NCBI GenBank assembly: GCA_017513085.1
Contig: JAFWDK010000019.1
Coordinates: 1 to 64,000 of the forward strand
DNA: 64,000 nt
DNA from: Clostridiales bacterium
Lineage (GTDB): Bacteria; Bacillota; Clostridia; Saccharofermentanales; Saccharofermentanaceae
Direction: 5' to 3'
Part shown: piece after piece, positions 8,379 to 17,787 of the stretch
How the letters are laid out: each line of letters opens with the position of its first letter
Position numbering within the stretch: the stretch's first letter is position 1
The notes under the pieces: model-generated
Databases searched by the model: none
Told to the model about the DNA's origin: nothing
The model's input: only the letters and a program-made list of their open reading frames with translations
Position numbers and translations under genes: made by a program

Positions 8379-9470
8379 TTATCCCTTCTTCTTCACTCCC
8401 ATCAAAGCCGCCAGCACCCGGCTTCGTACAACAAGCTCGGCGGCGGCTAGTGACAGGATGTAGGATAGGACTACAGGCGCGAGGAACAAGAGAATGGTCT
8501 GGCCATGAAGTGGTTCGGAAAGAAAGTACTGGGTGAGCACCACAAACAGATAGTGGAGGCTGAATATGGCGAAGGATCGTGAAGAGAAATATCCGGTGAT
8601 CTTGTTCTGAAAATCGAACTTTGCTTTTCCAAAGCCAAGAAGTCCGAGAATCGTGAACCATTCTGCCAGGAACTTCATGCAGGTATTGGCGAAAGCAAGA
8701 TCTTTTCCTGACCAGATAAACAGATATACATTCAGGACGCCACACAATACTCCGACGCCTAAGATCCATGCGCAATGTTTCCGGAGTTTCTCCACCACCT
8801 CTTCCCTTGAGAACACATAGTAACCCAGAAGAAAAAGATAGGTATATTCCATAAGGCTTTTGCCACCTATAGACAACACCTCACTCAATAACGGAAGTGG
8901 GATCCCCATGCAAAGAACAGCCCACAAAGGCAGGGACTTCAGCGATTTACGCATAGACACATCTTTTTCGGAAGAAAGTTTCCGGATCACAAGGATCACG
9001 CCGAGTGATACAAGCGAGATCACGAAAAGATATAGGAGGAACCAGAACTGCCCGAAGGAGAAGCCGCCGTCGGCACCGGTAAGGTCAGTAAACTTCGTGA
9101 AAAAAACAGCATAGTGAGCGAAGAAACTTTTATCATAATACTGGTGATAACAATCGGCCAGATACGTCAGAACCGGCATAAACACCAGCGTCCCGAAACA
9201 TAGCGGAACCAGGAGACGCTTCACACGCTCGGAAAGATACTGTCGGGGAGTTCTTCTAGACAAAGCGAAGCGCGTACTCATCCCTGCTATAAAGAAGAGC
9301 AGCGGCATGAGGAATGCACTGAAAAACACGATAAAGCTGCTATATACCCGGTTTCCTTCGAAGAAGATGTAGTTGGGCTCGCTCCACGTGTTCCACGCCA
9401 TGGCCACATGATACGGAATCAGTATCAGTATCGCTGCCCATCTGAGATTATCAATGTAATACTTGCGCAT
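8379..9470 (-). CDS. Acyltransferase family 3 (OpgC/MdoC-like) membrane protein
   Basis: RKYYIDNLR, MPLLFFIAG, RVKRLLVP and QFWFLLYLF motifs; about 10 TM helices. Confidence 0.9.
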   Translation of the reverse strand: MRKYYIDNLRWAAILILIPYHVAMAWNTWSEPNYIFFEGNRVYSSFIVFFSAFLMPLLFFIAGMSTRFALSRRTPRQYLSERVKRLLVPLCFGTLVFMPVLTYLADCYHQYYDKSFFAHYAVFFTKFTDLTGADGGFSFGQFWFLLYLFVISLVSLGVILVIRKLSSEKDVSMRKSLKSLPLWAVLCMGIPLPLLSEVLSIGGKSLMEYTYLFLLGYYVFSREEVVEKLRKHCAWILGVGVLCGVLNVYLFIWSGKDLAFANTCMKFLAEWFTILGLLGFGKAKFDFQNKITGYFSSRSFAIFSLHYLFVVLTQYFLSEPLHGQTILLFLAPVVLSYILSLAAAELVVRSRVLAALMGVKKKG

Positions 9471-9568
9471 CTGCTGTTCTCCCTACTCGGTCTTTTGCAC
9501 ATTTTAACCCGAACGATATTAAGAAGACCTTAAGTAGCAAGCGCAAGGTGAAATACGTAGTCGTTTTC

Positions 9569-10060
9569 TCACATTCCCGGACCCGGATAATAGGTTGTCG
9601 GAGCCGGATTCTTGGGTTCCGTTTTACTTGTCAGAGCAACTATGACCCAGAGGATCGCGGTAACGATCGTCATTAACAAAGGCAAGATCGTAGCTTCGAC
9701 CAGAGGAGTAAAATCACCGAGCAGCTGATCCAGGTTCCAGGCACTCAAAAAGCAGAGAAGCACGCCCATGAAAGCCAGGCCGTTCGTCACGCCTTCCCAG
9801 ATAATATAACTCTTTCTCTTCTTCTTTTTCACAAAAGCAACGATACAGAAGATCATAAGCAGAAGTGCAAGCAGGCTTCCGACAACAGAAAAGAACATGA
9901 TACCGAATTCTCTTCCTGCTACATCACGATCCAATCTTCTATCGCTGTAGAAAAAAAGCGAGATCGCGCTACCGACAAAACCTATTCCCAACGGTACCGT
10001 CTGCAGAGTAAACAACGCTAAACTGGTAAGAATATGAAGGATCAGATTCGTAACTTTCAT
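9569..10060 (-). CDS. Hypothetical membrane protein (4 TM)
   Basis: GAGGTG RBS before ATG 10060; four hydrophobic segments. Confidence 0.65.
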   Translation of the reverse strand: MKVTNLILHILTSLALFTLQTVPLGIGFVGSAISLFFYSDRRLDRDVAGREFGIMFFSVVGSLLALLLMIFCIVAFVKKKKRKSYIIWEGVTNGLAFMGVLLCFLSAWNLDQLLGDFTPLVEATILPLLMTIVTAILWVIVALTSKTEPKNPAPTTYYPGPGM

Positions 10061-10133
10061 ATGGACACCTCTTAAATAATTCGATAATAGCATCAGGCCA
10101 TTTCAAAGTAAATAGCGGCAGTGCTTTTCAAGC

Positions 10134-11420
10134 CTACACGTAATCACTGAACACTTGGTTTGCCAGATCAAATCCTTTTTCTGTCAGTCGGTATCCGCCT
10201 TCGGTCTTCTCCACCAGACCGGATTGGATTTCTTTTTCTAATTCTTCTCCAAAAGCACTCTCCACGCTGCATCCGAACCGCTTCTCGAACACCTGCCCCT
10301 CCACGCCTTTTCCGGTCCGGAACGCGAGCATCATGAACTCTTTCTTCTTCTCTTCCGATGTGAGTTTCTCTTCGACTTCGTAGATGTCATCTTTCACGAC
10401 TTCACCTTTCACCCCGTCCGCGACAAACGAACCGATATACTCTTCGATCGTTTCGGCTTTGTGCGTGCCTCGCTCATCGTCGAGATAATAATGCGCGCCC
10501 AAGCCAAAAGCATAATAATTCTCCGCCCGCCAGTACATCATATTATGCCGGCTTTCAAAACCAGACTTAGCCATATTACTGATCTCATAATGTGAATACC
10601 CCTGCGTCCGCAGAGTGTTCACCACCAGGTGGTACAGTTCCCTGTCCTCTTCCTGGGACACGTACTTTTCGATATCCCCGTCATAACGTGCATACATCGG
10701 CGTGCCCTCTTCGAGGATCAGGGAATATAACGAAACATGCGGGATCTCCTGCTGAAGAAAAAAGGAAAGCGTCGACTCCACCGCCGCGCGGCTCTGACCC
10801 GGGATCCCGAGCATCATGTCACAACTGATATTCTGAAACCCCGTTCCTTTCGCATCAAACACCGCCTGCCGAGCCGTCGCGGCGTCATGGATCCGTCCTA
10901 AAGCAGTAAGTACAGAATCATCGAGGCTTTGGATCCCGATCGAAAGCCGGTTCACTCCGGCCTCACGGAATCCTCGAAGCTTCTCTTCATCGATCGTTCC
11001 GGGATTCGCTTCCAGCGTGATCTCGCAGTCCTCAGAAAGAGTAAACACCTTACGTAGCGCCCCAAGGATCTTTTCCACCTGCAAAGGAGAAAGAAGCGAT
11101 GGCGTGCCACCGCCGAAATAAACCGAAGTCAGCTCCGACTTGTTCTCTCCCCAAAATTTCTCTGATAGTCCGATCTCCCGGCAGAGTGCCTCCACGTACT
11201 CAGGTATCTGATCTACGCACGACGGAAAAGAAAGAAAGTCGCAATAGGCACACTTTCTCACACAAAAAGGGATATGAATATACGCCGCATGAGCATCGGT
11301 ATGCGCCAACGCGCGATACTGATGCGTCTCACCACCGTCACGGGTCTGCTTCTTCGCGCAGCCCTGAGGCGCCGCGTCATCACTGTTTCTGCCATCACGC
11401 GCTTCCATACCCGGCCTCAC
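10134..11420 (-). CDS. hemW: Radical SAM heme chaperone HemW
   Basis: YIHIPFCVRKCAYCDF, YFGGGTPS, EANP and YEISN...SRHNMMYW. Roughly 40-aa N-terminal extension, so the start is uncertain. Confidence 0.92.
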   Translation of the reverse strand: MRPGMEARDGRNSDDAAPQGCAKKQTRDGGETHQYRALAHTDAHAAYIHIPFCVRKCAYCDFLSFPSCVDQIPEYVEALCREIGLSEKFWGENKSELTSVYFGGGTPSLLSPLQVEKILGALRKVFTLSEDCEITLEANPGTIDEEKLRGFREAGVNRLSIGIQSLDDSVLTALGRIHDAATARQAVFDAKGTGFQNISCDMMLGIPGQSRAAVESTLSFFLQQEIPHVSLYSLILEEGTPMYARYDGDIEKYVSQEEDRELYHLVVNTLRTQGYSHYEISNMAKSGFESRHNMMYWRAENYYAFGLGAHYYLDDERGTHKAETIEEYIGSFVADGVKGEVVKDDIYEVEEKLTSEEKKKEFMMLAFRTGKGVEGQVFEKRFGCSVESAFGEELEKEIQSGLVEKTEGGYRLTEKGFDLANQVFSDYV

Positions 11421-12082
11421 GCTTTCATTGCGTCTTTGATCGCCGCGGTAAATGCAACTTGAAAGTTTTTAAAGCTCGGCGAAACATTATTCCCCGGAAG
11501 CATATACTTAGAGATCTTCTCTGCCCAGGTCGACTTATACTGTCCGATAGCAGGATAACCGATCCGCTTGATCTTCTCCGACTTTTCATGGAGAAGTACA
11601 TCACAGAGAACTTCCCAAGTCCCGCAGACACTATCCTGCTCGTACTCACGCAGTCTTACCATATCCGCATCCGGATAAGCCAGTAATATCGCATTCTGAT
11701 CCGCCAGCATCCAGCTCTCCATCTCTTCCACGGAAATACCGATAACGGTTCGAAGCCCCGGCGCATACTTTTTGCAGGTATTACGGAGCCGGGTCCTGAT
11801 CTCTTCCGGATCATGGTCATCCGAATCCATACACACGATCACGATCGTAGATGTTCCCGCATAGACTTTATCGTACGCACGAAGTTTCGAAGGAAGCAGC
11901 TCCAGAAGGCCCGCAGCAAAAGGCTCCGGCTTTGCGTCCGGATCGTTCGGCCAGTATCCGCAACCACGATGAGGACGAAGAAAACAAGAATACTCCGTCT
12001 TGTTTTCTCTAAGGATACACTCGGTCAGGCGCTTGATCACCATGCCGCCGGATCTGTCCTCACTCAGTATTTCGATTCGCAT
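11417..12082 (-). CDS. DUF4276-like (TOPRIM-type) protein
   Basis: IEILSEDRSG, LLELLPSKLRAY, CMDSDDHD, EEMESWMLAD, YEQDSVCGTWE and NVSPSF. Follows an ATPase gene; ATGA overlap with hemW. Confidence 0.7.
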   Translation of the reverse strand: MRIEILSEDRSGGMVIKRLTECILRENKTEYSCFLRPHRGCGYWPNDPDAKPEPFAAGLLELLPSKLRAYDKVYAGTSTIVIVCMDSDDHDPEEIRTRLRNTCKKYAPGLRTVIGISVEEMESWMLADQNAILLAYPDADMVRLREYEQDSVCGTWEVLCDVLLHEKSEKIKRIGYPAIGQYKSTWAEKISKYMLPGNNVSPSFKNFQVAFTAAIKDAMKA

Positions 12083-12096
12083 TCTCTGTCCTTCCT

Positions 12097-13290
12097 TTAG
12101 TCGTCAAAATGTCCGGCGTACCAGATCGCGCCCATGCCTACACCCTGATGGTACATCTCGTTTACGATCGGCATGGACCCTGCGCACTTGATATCGATCT
12201 TGTCCGCCTCGGAACCCATAGCACGCGAGAATACCCATATCTCGCCCGGAGACATATTCTCCAGGATATACGGATTATGCGTCGTGAAGATGATCTGGCA
12301 CTGCGGATTGGAAAGCGAGAAAGATCGCATCTCACGAGCCAGCGCATCCACCATATCGTGATACAGACCCTCGTCCGGAGACTCCATAAGCAGCAAAGGT
12401 TTCGGATTCGGATCCGAAAGCAGAAGCAGGAACGTCCCGAGGATATCCGGCTTTTTAAAGAAACTGATCACATCCGTCTCATCTTTACCGGAAAGTCCCG
12501 GGATCACTTCGATGCACTTGGCGATCAACTCTTTGTATCTTCCCGGGAATTCTTTCTTCATATAAAGAAGAACATTTCTGGCATTGGAACCTTCACAGTT
12601 CAGATGCTTATGTCCGCCCGGAGTCACATCTTCCGGGATCTGCGTAATATGATCTTTCTTAAACTCGACGAAGAACCATCCCATGATCTCCCGATAGGTA
12701 CGGTTCACGAAATAGTACTGCTTTACCGCTCCAAAAGCATGCAGCGCGGAGGTCTGGGAGTCATTCATCTCCGCTTCCATTTTCTGTCCGTCATGACGGA
12801 TAAAACCGGCTCCGCTCGAAAAAGAAAGGATCTCTTCCGGCTCTTCCATATTCTTTGTCCAAAGACGCAGGATCTCTTTCTCAAAATGCGGCTTGCCATG
12901 CACGTTGCAAGCTAAAACAAGCTTATATTCACAATACACTTTCTCTTGCGTTTTCGGATGAGTAAAAAGAAAGCACATCGTCGCGGTCACCGGTTTTTCC
13001 GGGTCCAAAGCAAGGTTCAAAAAACCGCTTCTTCCCGACTCCGTCGAAGCCACGACAGGCCCCTTGATAACAGTGGATTGAACGAAGGAAAGAAAAGAGA
13101 AAAACATCGTCTTTCCGGAATGGTTTCGTCCGATCAAAGCCTCCATCCCGTTCAATGGATGCGCCGTTTCCACACCGGCCTCAAAAGCAAGAGATGACTG
13201 CGAAGGCGCATTGCGGATATCCTCCAAAAGCGCGCCGATACAGTCATCTTGAAATAGTCCAAAGTTTTCGATCCTGACTCCTAGTAACAT
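12097..13290 (-). CDS. ABC/AAA_21-type ATPase (COG4637-like) with degenerate motifs
   Basis: Walker A GRNHSGKT; Walker B-like LLMESPDEGLYH; H-loop IFTTHNP; C-terminal GMGAIWYAGHF. Confidence 0.75.
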   Translation of the reverse strand: MLLGVRIENFGLFQDDCIGALLEDIRNAPSQSSLAFEAGVETAHPLNGMEALIGRNHSGKTMFFSFLSFVQSTVIKGPVVASTESGRSGFLNLALDPEKPVTATMCFLFTHPKTQEKVYCEYKLVLACNVHGKPHFEKEILRLWTKNMEEPEEILSFSSGAGFIRHDGQKMEAEMNDSQTSALHAFGAVKQYYFVNRTYREIMGWFFVEFKKDHITQIPEDVTPGGHKHLNCEGSNARNVLLYMKKEFPGRYKELIAKCIEVIPGLSGKDETDVISFFKKPDILGTFLLLLSDPNPKPLLLMESPDEGLYHDMVDALAREMRSFSLSNPQCQIIFTTHNPYILENMSPGEIWVFSRAMGSEADKIDIKCAGSMPIVNEMYHQGVGMGAIWYAGHFDD

Positions 13291-13363
13291 GTGATCCACA
13301 TCCTCGACTTTCGAAACTCTCCTGTCTCGTGAACCCCATCCGCCAGACAGGACTTGATATGTA

Positions 13364-13837
13364 TTACTTCAGTTCCTTGAGATCTTTCTGGATACGAACG
13401 AGCATATCTGTCAGCTCATTCTCCACTTCCTTCAGTCTCTTTCTGGCATAGTCGAGAGATCTTGCATAGATCTGCTCCGACTGCTGGTTGGCATCCGCCA
13501 GGATCTGATCGCCCTGCTCTTTAGCAAGAAGCGTGATCTGGTGCTCATCCACCATGATCGCCTGTCTCTGCTCCGACTCACGAAGGATACTCTCCGCCTT
13601 CTGACGAGCGCTGGCAACGACTTGACGGTTCTGTTCCACGATCCACTTTGCCTGCTTCACTTCCGACGGGAAGCTTGCACGGATCTGCTTGATCCAGTAC
13701 AGCGCATCGGCCCGGTCGACCAGGCAGTTATCTGAAAACGGCACACTCTTGGCCTGTTCGATCGTAGCCTGAAGCTGATCGAGCAATTCGTATAGATCCT
13801 TATCTGTTGTTCTTACATTTCCATTTGCATCCGGCAT
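13364..13837 (-). CDS. Conserved coiled-coil protein downstream of coaD (DivIVA/ATP synthase b-like)
   Basis: GGAGG RBS. AKSVPFSDNCLVDR...PSEVKQAKWIV; typical clostridial rsmD-coaD-X order. Confidence 0.75.
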   Translation of the reverse strand: MPDANGNVRTTDKDLYELLDQLQATIEQAKSVPFSDNCLVDRADALYWIKQIRASFPSEVKQAKWIVEQNRQVVASARQKAESILRESEQRQAIMVDEHQITLLAKEQGDQILADANQQSEQIYARSLDYARKRLKEVENELTDMLVRIQKDLKELK

Positions 13838-13850
13838 AGGAAAACCTCCC

Positions 13851-14348
13851 TTATGATTTCTCCGCTTGCTTTTCAAGCATTTTCTTATGAACCATATCTT
13901 CTACGGCCGGTACTACCATTCTGGAGATATCGCCGCCATAATATGCAACTTCCTTAATGATCGAGGAGCTGGTAAAAGCAAGATCCGCCCGGCAAGGCAG
14001 GAAGATCACTTGATAGTTGGGAAACATCAGGGTATTCGCGGCATTCATTTCCGCCTCATACCGGAAATCCGACTCGCTTCGAAGACCACGCACGACCGCG
14101 GAAGCATCCAGCTCACGGTACAGGTCAACAAGCAACGACTCTCTGGAGATCACTTCGATATTCGGCACGTCTTTCAGGCAAATCTCTGCCATATGGACGC
14201 GCTCTTCCACCGTAAACAACGAAGTCTTCGCACGGTTCTCCATGATCGCCACCACCAGCTTATCGCAAAGCTGTGCGGAACGTCTCGCTATGTCCATATG
14301 TCCCAAGGAAAACGGGTCAAAGCTTCCCGGAAAGATAAACGTCTTCAC
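13851..14348 (-). CDS. coaD: Pantetheine-phosphate adenylyltransferase
   Basis: FPGSFDPFSLGH, VRGLR and SSSIIKE. Confidence 0.96.
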   Translation of the reverse strand: MKTFIFPGSFDPFSLGHMDIARRSAQLCDKLVVAIMENRAKTSLFTVEERVHMAEICLKDVPNIEVISRESLLVDLYRELDASAVVRGLRSESDFRYEAEMNAANTLMFPNYQVIFLPCRADLAFTSSSIIKEVAYYGGDISRMVVPAVEDMVHKKMLEKQAEKS

Positions 14349-14377
14349 CTATGATCTCCTTCTTTACGCATAATTTC

Positions 14378-14935
14378 TTATTCTACGAAGAATGTTATCA
14401 AAGTTGAGCCGTACTTACAACACTTTAAACATGTCATGTTGGTTACATTCTCGTTTATCAATGTATTTGCATCCGACTCCACTATGAAAACCCCGTCGTC
14501 TCTAAGCATTTTATACTTTTCGATTAGTTCGGAAACCGTCTCTGCATACTTCGCCGCCATGGCATACGGAGGGTCCATAAAGATGATATCGAACTTTTCC
14601 CCTTCCTTGCCCAAAAGCCTGACAGCTTCGGCAAAAGGCATCTTCAGCGTCCTCGCCGCATCGGTAAGTTTCGTCTTTTCGAGGTTCTTCTTAATGACCT
14701 GCATACTCTTGCCGGCCTGGTCGATCAACACGGCCGATTCCGCGCCACGGCTCAACGCTTCGATCGCCATCTGCCCGGTCCCCGAAAATACGTCGAGAAA
14801 AGCACTTCCCGGGAGTCTTCCCTGGATACTGGAAAACAGGGCTTCCTTGACCTTATCCGTTGTCGGACGGGTACTGTCGCCCTTCGGCGCCTCCAGGATC
14901 ATCCCTCTGCATTTTCCTGCTACCACACGTGGCAT
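14378..14935 (-). CDS. rsmD: 16S rRNA m2G966 methyltransferase
   Basis: TRPTTDKVKEALF, FSGTG, EALSRGA and DPPY. Confidence 0.95.
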   Translation of the reverse strand: MPRVVAGKCRGMILEAPKGDSTRPTTDKVKEALFSSIQGRLPGSAFLDVFSGTGQMAIEALSRGAESAVLIDQAGKSMQVIKKNLEKTKLTDAARTLKMPFAEAVRLLGKEGEKFDIIFMDPPYAMAAKYAETVSELIEKYKMLRDDGVFIVESDANTLINENVTNMTCLKCCKYGSTLITFFVE

Positions 14936-14969
14936 CTTTTACTTTCCCCTTTCGATCTCCGTCATTTTC

Positions 14970-17096
14970 TCAAAGGCTCGGCTTCTGCCATTCCTCACCG
15001 AAATGATTCCGGAACGCTTCCATCATGATCCGTCCTTCCGTGCCGGCAAGATCCGGATCCTGTTCAAACATCTTCTTGATCGCTTCTTCGATCACCTTCA
15101 GACAATCCGCATCGCGGTATAGATTTGCCATCTTAAGCTGCGGAATACCATGCTGTTTCGTACCGAAGAAATCGCCTGTCCCGCGAAGAAGCATGTCTTT
15201 CTCCGCCAGTTTGAAACCGTCCGTCGTCTCACACATCATGTCGATGCGTTCTTTGGCCACGCCCTCATACTTATCTGTCTCCAGGATGCAGGCCGACGGC
15301 AGATTGCCGCGTCCGATACGTCCGCGCAGCTGATGTAGCGTGGAAAGGCCGAATCTCTCGGTATTTCTGATGATCATGAGTGTCGCGTTCGGATTATCCA
15401 CACCGACCTCGATCACCGTCGTCGAGACAAGCACGTCGATCTCCCGGTCACAGAATTTCTTCATGACCTCATCTTTTTCTTTCGGCTTCATCTTACCATG
15501 CAGAAGGCCCACTCGCATATCCGCAAGCGCCCCGGAAGAAAGATCTTCGTAGTATTTCACCGCCGACTCAAGGTCTTCCTTCATCTGTTTTGCCAGCGAT
15601 CCCTCTTCATCCTCGTAGGCACTCTCGTCCAGTTCATCGATCATCGGGCACACGATATATGCCTGATGTCCTTTCTCCACCTGCTGACGGATCGTCGCGA
15701 TCACCCGCCCGTCCTCTTCCGGCCCCGTCCGGAAAGTCTTGATCGGAATACGTCCTTTCGGCATAGAATGGATAACTGATACATCCATATCTCCGAAAAG
15801 CACTAGTCCGAGGGTTCTCGGGATCGGCGTGGCGCTCATGACAAGCGTATGGATACCATGATCGCTCCGTTCTTCCTGCGCCGCTCTCTGCTTGACACCA
15901 AAACGATGCTGCTCGTCTGTAACCATCAAGGCCAGCCTGGAAAACTCGTTCTTCTCGGAAAGCACGGCATGCGTACCGACCAGGATCTTTGTCTGTCCGG
16001 ACAGGAGTCGTTTTCTGATCTCGTTCTTTTCTTTTGCCGGGGTGCTTCCCAGGATCAGGTCGATCCCGATATCCTCCCGTTCTCCCAGGAACTTCTTAAA
16101 TGTCGCATAATGCTGAGCCGCCAGGACTGCCGTCGGCGCCATAAATACCGACTGCGAACCTGCGATGGCGCAGGCCACCATAGACAGGAAAGCAACTACA
16201 GTCTTACCGGAACCGACATCACCTTGTACAAGCCGGTTCATCGGGTACGGCCGCGCAATATCCTGAAGGATCTCCTTCGTCACATTACCCTGATCCTCTG
16301 TCAGCGTAAAAGGAAGTGCTTTTACAATATCGGTAAACGCCGCCATACCTTCCGCATTCGTCGTGATCGGCACAGACGCACGAAGATCCTTCTGCTCTTT
16401 TTTATAGACGCTCAGCGCCGCCCGCAGCAGGAAAAGCTCTTCAAACACGAGATATTTTCTGGCGATCTCCAGTTCTTCCATCGAATTCGGCCGATGGATC
16501 TTCTCGTAGGCATAGGTGATCGCGCAAAGCTTCTGTTCTTTTCTGAAAAACGAAGGAAGCACTTCGGAAAGAAGCGGCAGGACGCGGTCGAGCGCCACGC
16601 CGATGATTGCGCGGATATGGCCTTGCTTCAGTCCGGACGTCAAAGGATAGACGGGAAGGATCGGCGAAAGGTCGCCATCCCCTTTCTGTCTCTGGTCGAA
16701 AATCGGGTTGACCACCTGGAAATGAAAGCCGTCGCGCGCGATCTTGCCATGGAAGAAGTACTCTTCCCCTGCCACGATCTTGTTTTCGAGGTACGGCTGA
16801 TTAAACCACACGGCCCGGATCGTGCCGGTACCATCGGACAAACTGGCAAAGATCGTCGTTCTGCCCCGGAACCGTGAAACTCTGGGAGGATTCACCACTG
16901 TCGCGATAAAAGAGTGCTCCGCTCCGTCCGTCAACTGATTCAACGGTACACATTCCGACCAGTCTTCGTATCTTCTCGGGAAAAAAGTCAGAAGATCGTA
17001 CACGCGGCAGATCCCTAATTTTTCCAACTGCTTGGCTCTCTTCTCACCGACCTTCGGGAGAAACTGCACAGGTGTATAAAGATCCACGTTAGCCAT
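14970..17096 (-). CDS. recG: ATP-dependent DNA helicase RecG
   Basis: QGDVGSGKT, DEQHRFGV, MSATPIPRTL and HQLRGRIGRG. Confidence 0.97.
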   Translation of the reverse strand: MANVDLYTPVQFLPKVGEKRAKQLEKLGICRVYDLLTFFPRRYEDWSECVPLNQLTDGAEHSFIATVVNPPRVSRFRGRTTIFASLSDGTGTIRAVWFNQPYLENKIVAGEEYFFHGKIARDGFHFQVVNPIFDQRQKGDGDLSPILPVYPLTSGLKQGHIRAIIGVALDRVLPLLSEVLPSFFRKEQKLCAITYAYEKIHRPNSMEELEIARKYLVFEELFLLRAALSVYKKEQKDLRASVPITTNAEGMAAFTDIVKALPFTLTEDQGNVTKEILQDIARPYPMNRLVQGDVGSGKTVVAFLSMVACAIAGSQSVFMAPTAVLAAQHYATFKKFLGEREDIGIDLILGSTPAKEKNEIRKRLLSGQTKILVGTHAVLSEKNEFSRLALMVTDEQHRFGVKQRAAQEERSDHGIHTLVMSATPIPRTLGLVLFGDMDVSVIHSMPKGRIPIKTFRTGPEEDGRVIATIRQQVEKGHQAYIVCPMIDELDESAYEDEEGSLAKQMKEDLESAVKYYEDLSSGALADMRVGLLHGKMKPKEKDEVMKKFCDREIDVLVSTTVIEVGVDNPNATLMIIRNTERFGLSTLHQLRGRIGRGNLPSACILETDKYEGVAKERIDMMCETTDGFKLAEKDMLLRGTGDFFGTKQHGIPQLKMANLYRDADCLKVIEEAIKKMFEQDPDLAGTEGRIMMEAFRNHFGEEWQKPSL

Positions 17097-17097
17097 A

Positions 17098-17787
17098 TCA
17101 CACCTTCTTGCTGCTATGACCGGATCTCTTGACGGCCTCGCCCTTTGACTTAGAAGCTACGCCCTTTTTCGGGCAAACATCCGACAGCAGGCACGCGTCA
17201 CACTTCGGCGCACGCGCAGTACAGACGGCCCGACCGTGATCGACCATCCGATGCCCGAAAGGCGCCCATTCCTCTTCCGGAAGGATCTTCATCAGTTCTT
17301 TTTCGATCGTGGCCGGATTCTTCCCGGAGCTTAAGCCCAGCCGGCCGGAAACTCTCATGCAGTGCGTGTCCACAACAATGGCCGGGATCCCGAAAAGCTC
17401 TGATACCAAAAGGTTGGCAACTTTTCTGCCCACTCCGGGGAACTTTTCCAATTCCTGCGCATCCTTCGGCAGCTCGCCATGAAACTGCTCTTTCAAAAGC
17501 ACAGCGCTCTCATACAGATAAGAAGACTTGACCTTCCAAAAACCGCACGGTTTGATGATCTCTCCGATCTTTTCCTGCCCCGCGGAAAGGAAATCCTCAT
17601 AGGTCGGATATTCTGCAAAAAGCACTTCACTTACCTGATTGACGCGTACATCCGTGCATTGTGCAGACAGTACGGCGCGGCACAAAAGATGAAACGGATC
17701 TTCATCGATATCCAGTGTGCATTCGGTTTCAGGGTAAAGCTGATGAAGTCTTTTCAGAATTTCGGTTGTCGTACGGGATGTTTTCAT
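17098..17787 (-). CDS. nth: Endonuclease III
   Basis: LSAQCTD, HhH PGVGRKVAN, VDTH and the FeS motif C-X6-C-X2-C-X5-C. Confidence 0.95.
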   Translation of the reverse strand: MKTSRTTTEILKRLHQLYPETECTLDIDEDPFHLLCRAVLSAQCTDVRVNQVSEVLFAEYPTYEDFLSAGQEKIGEIIKPCGFWKVKSSYLYESAVLLKEQFHGELPKDAQELEKFPGVGRKVANLLVSELFGIPAIVVDTHCMRVSGRLGLSSGKNPATIEKELMKILPEEEWAPFGHRMVDHGRAVCTARAPKCDACLLSDVCPKKGVASKSKGEAVKRSGHSSKKV

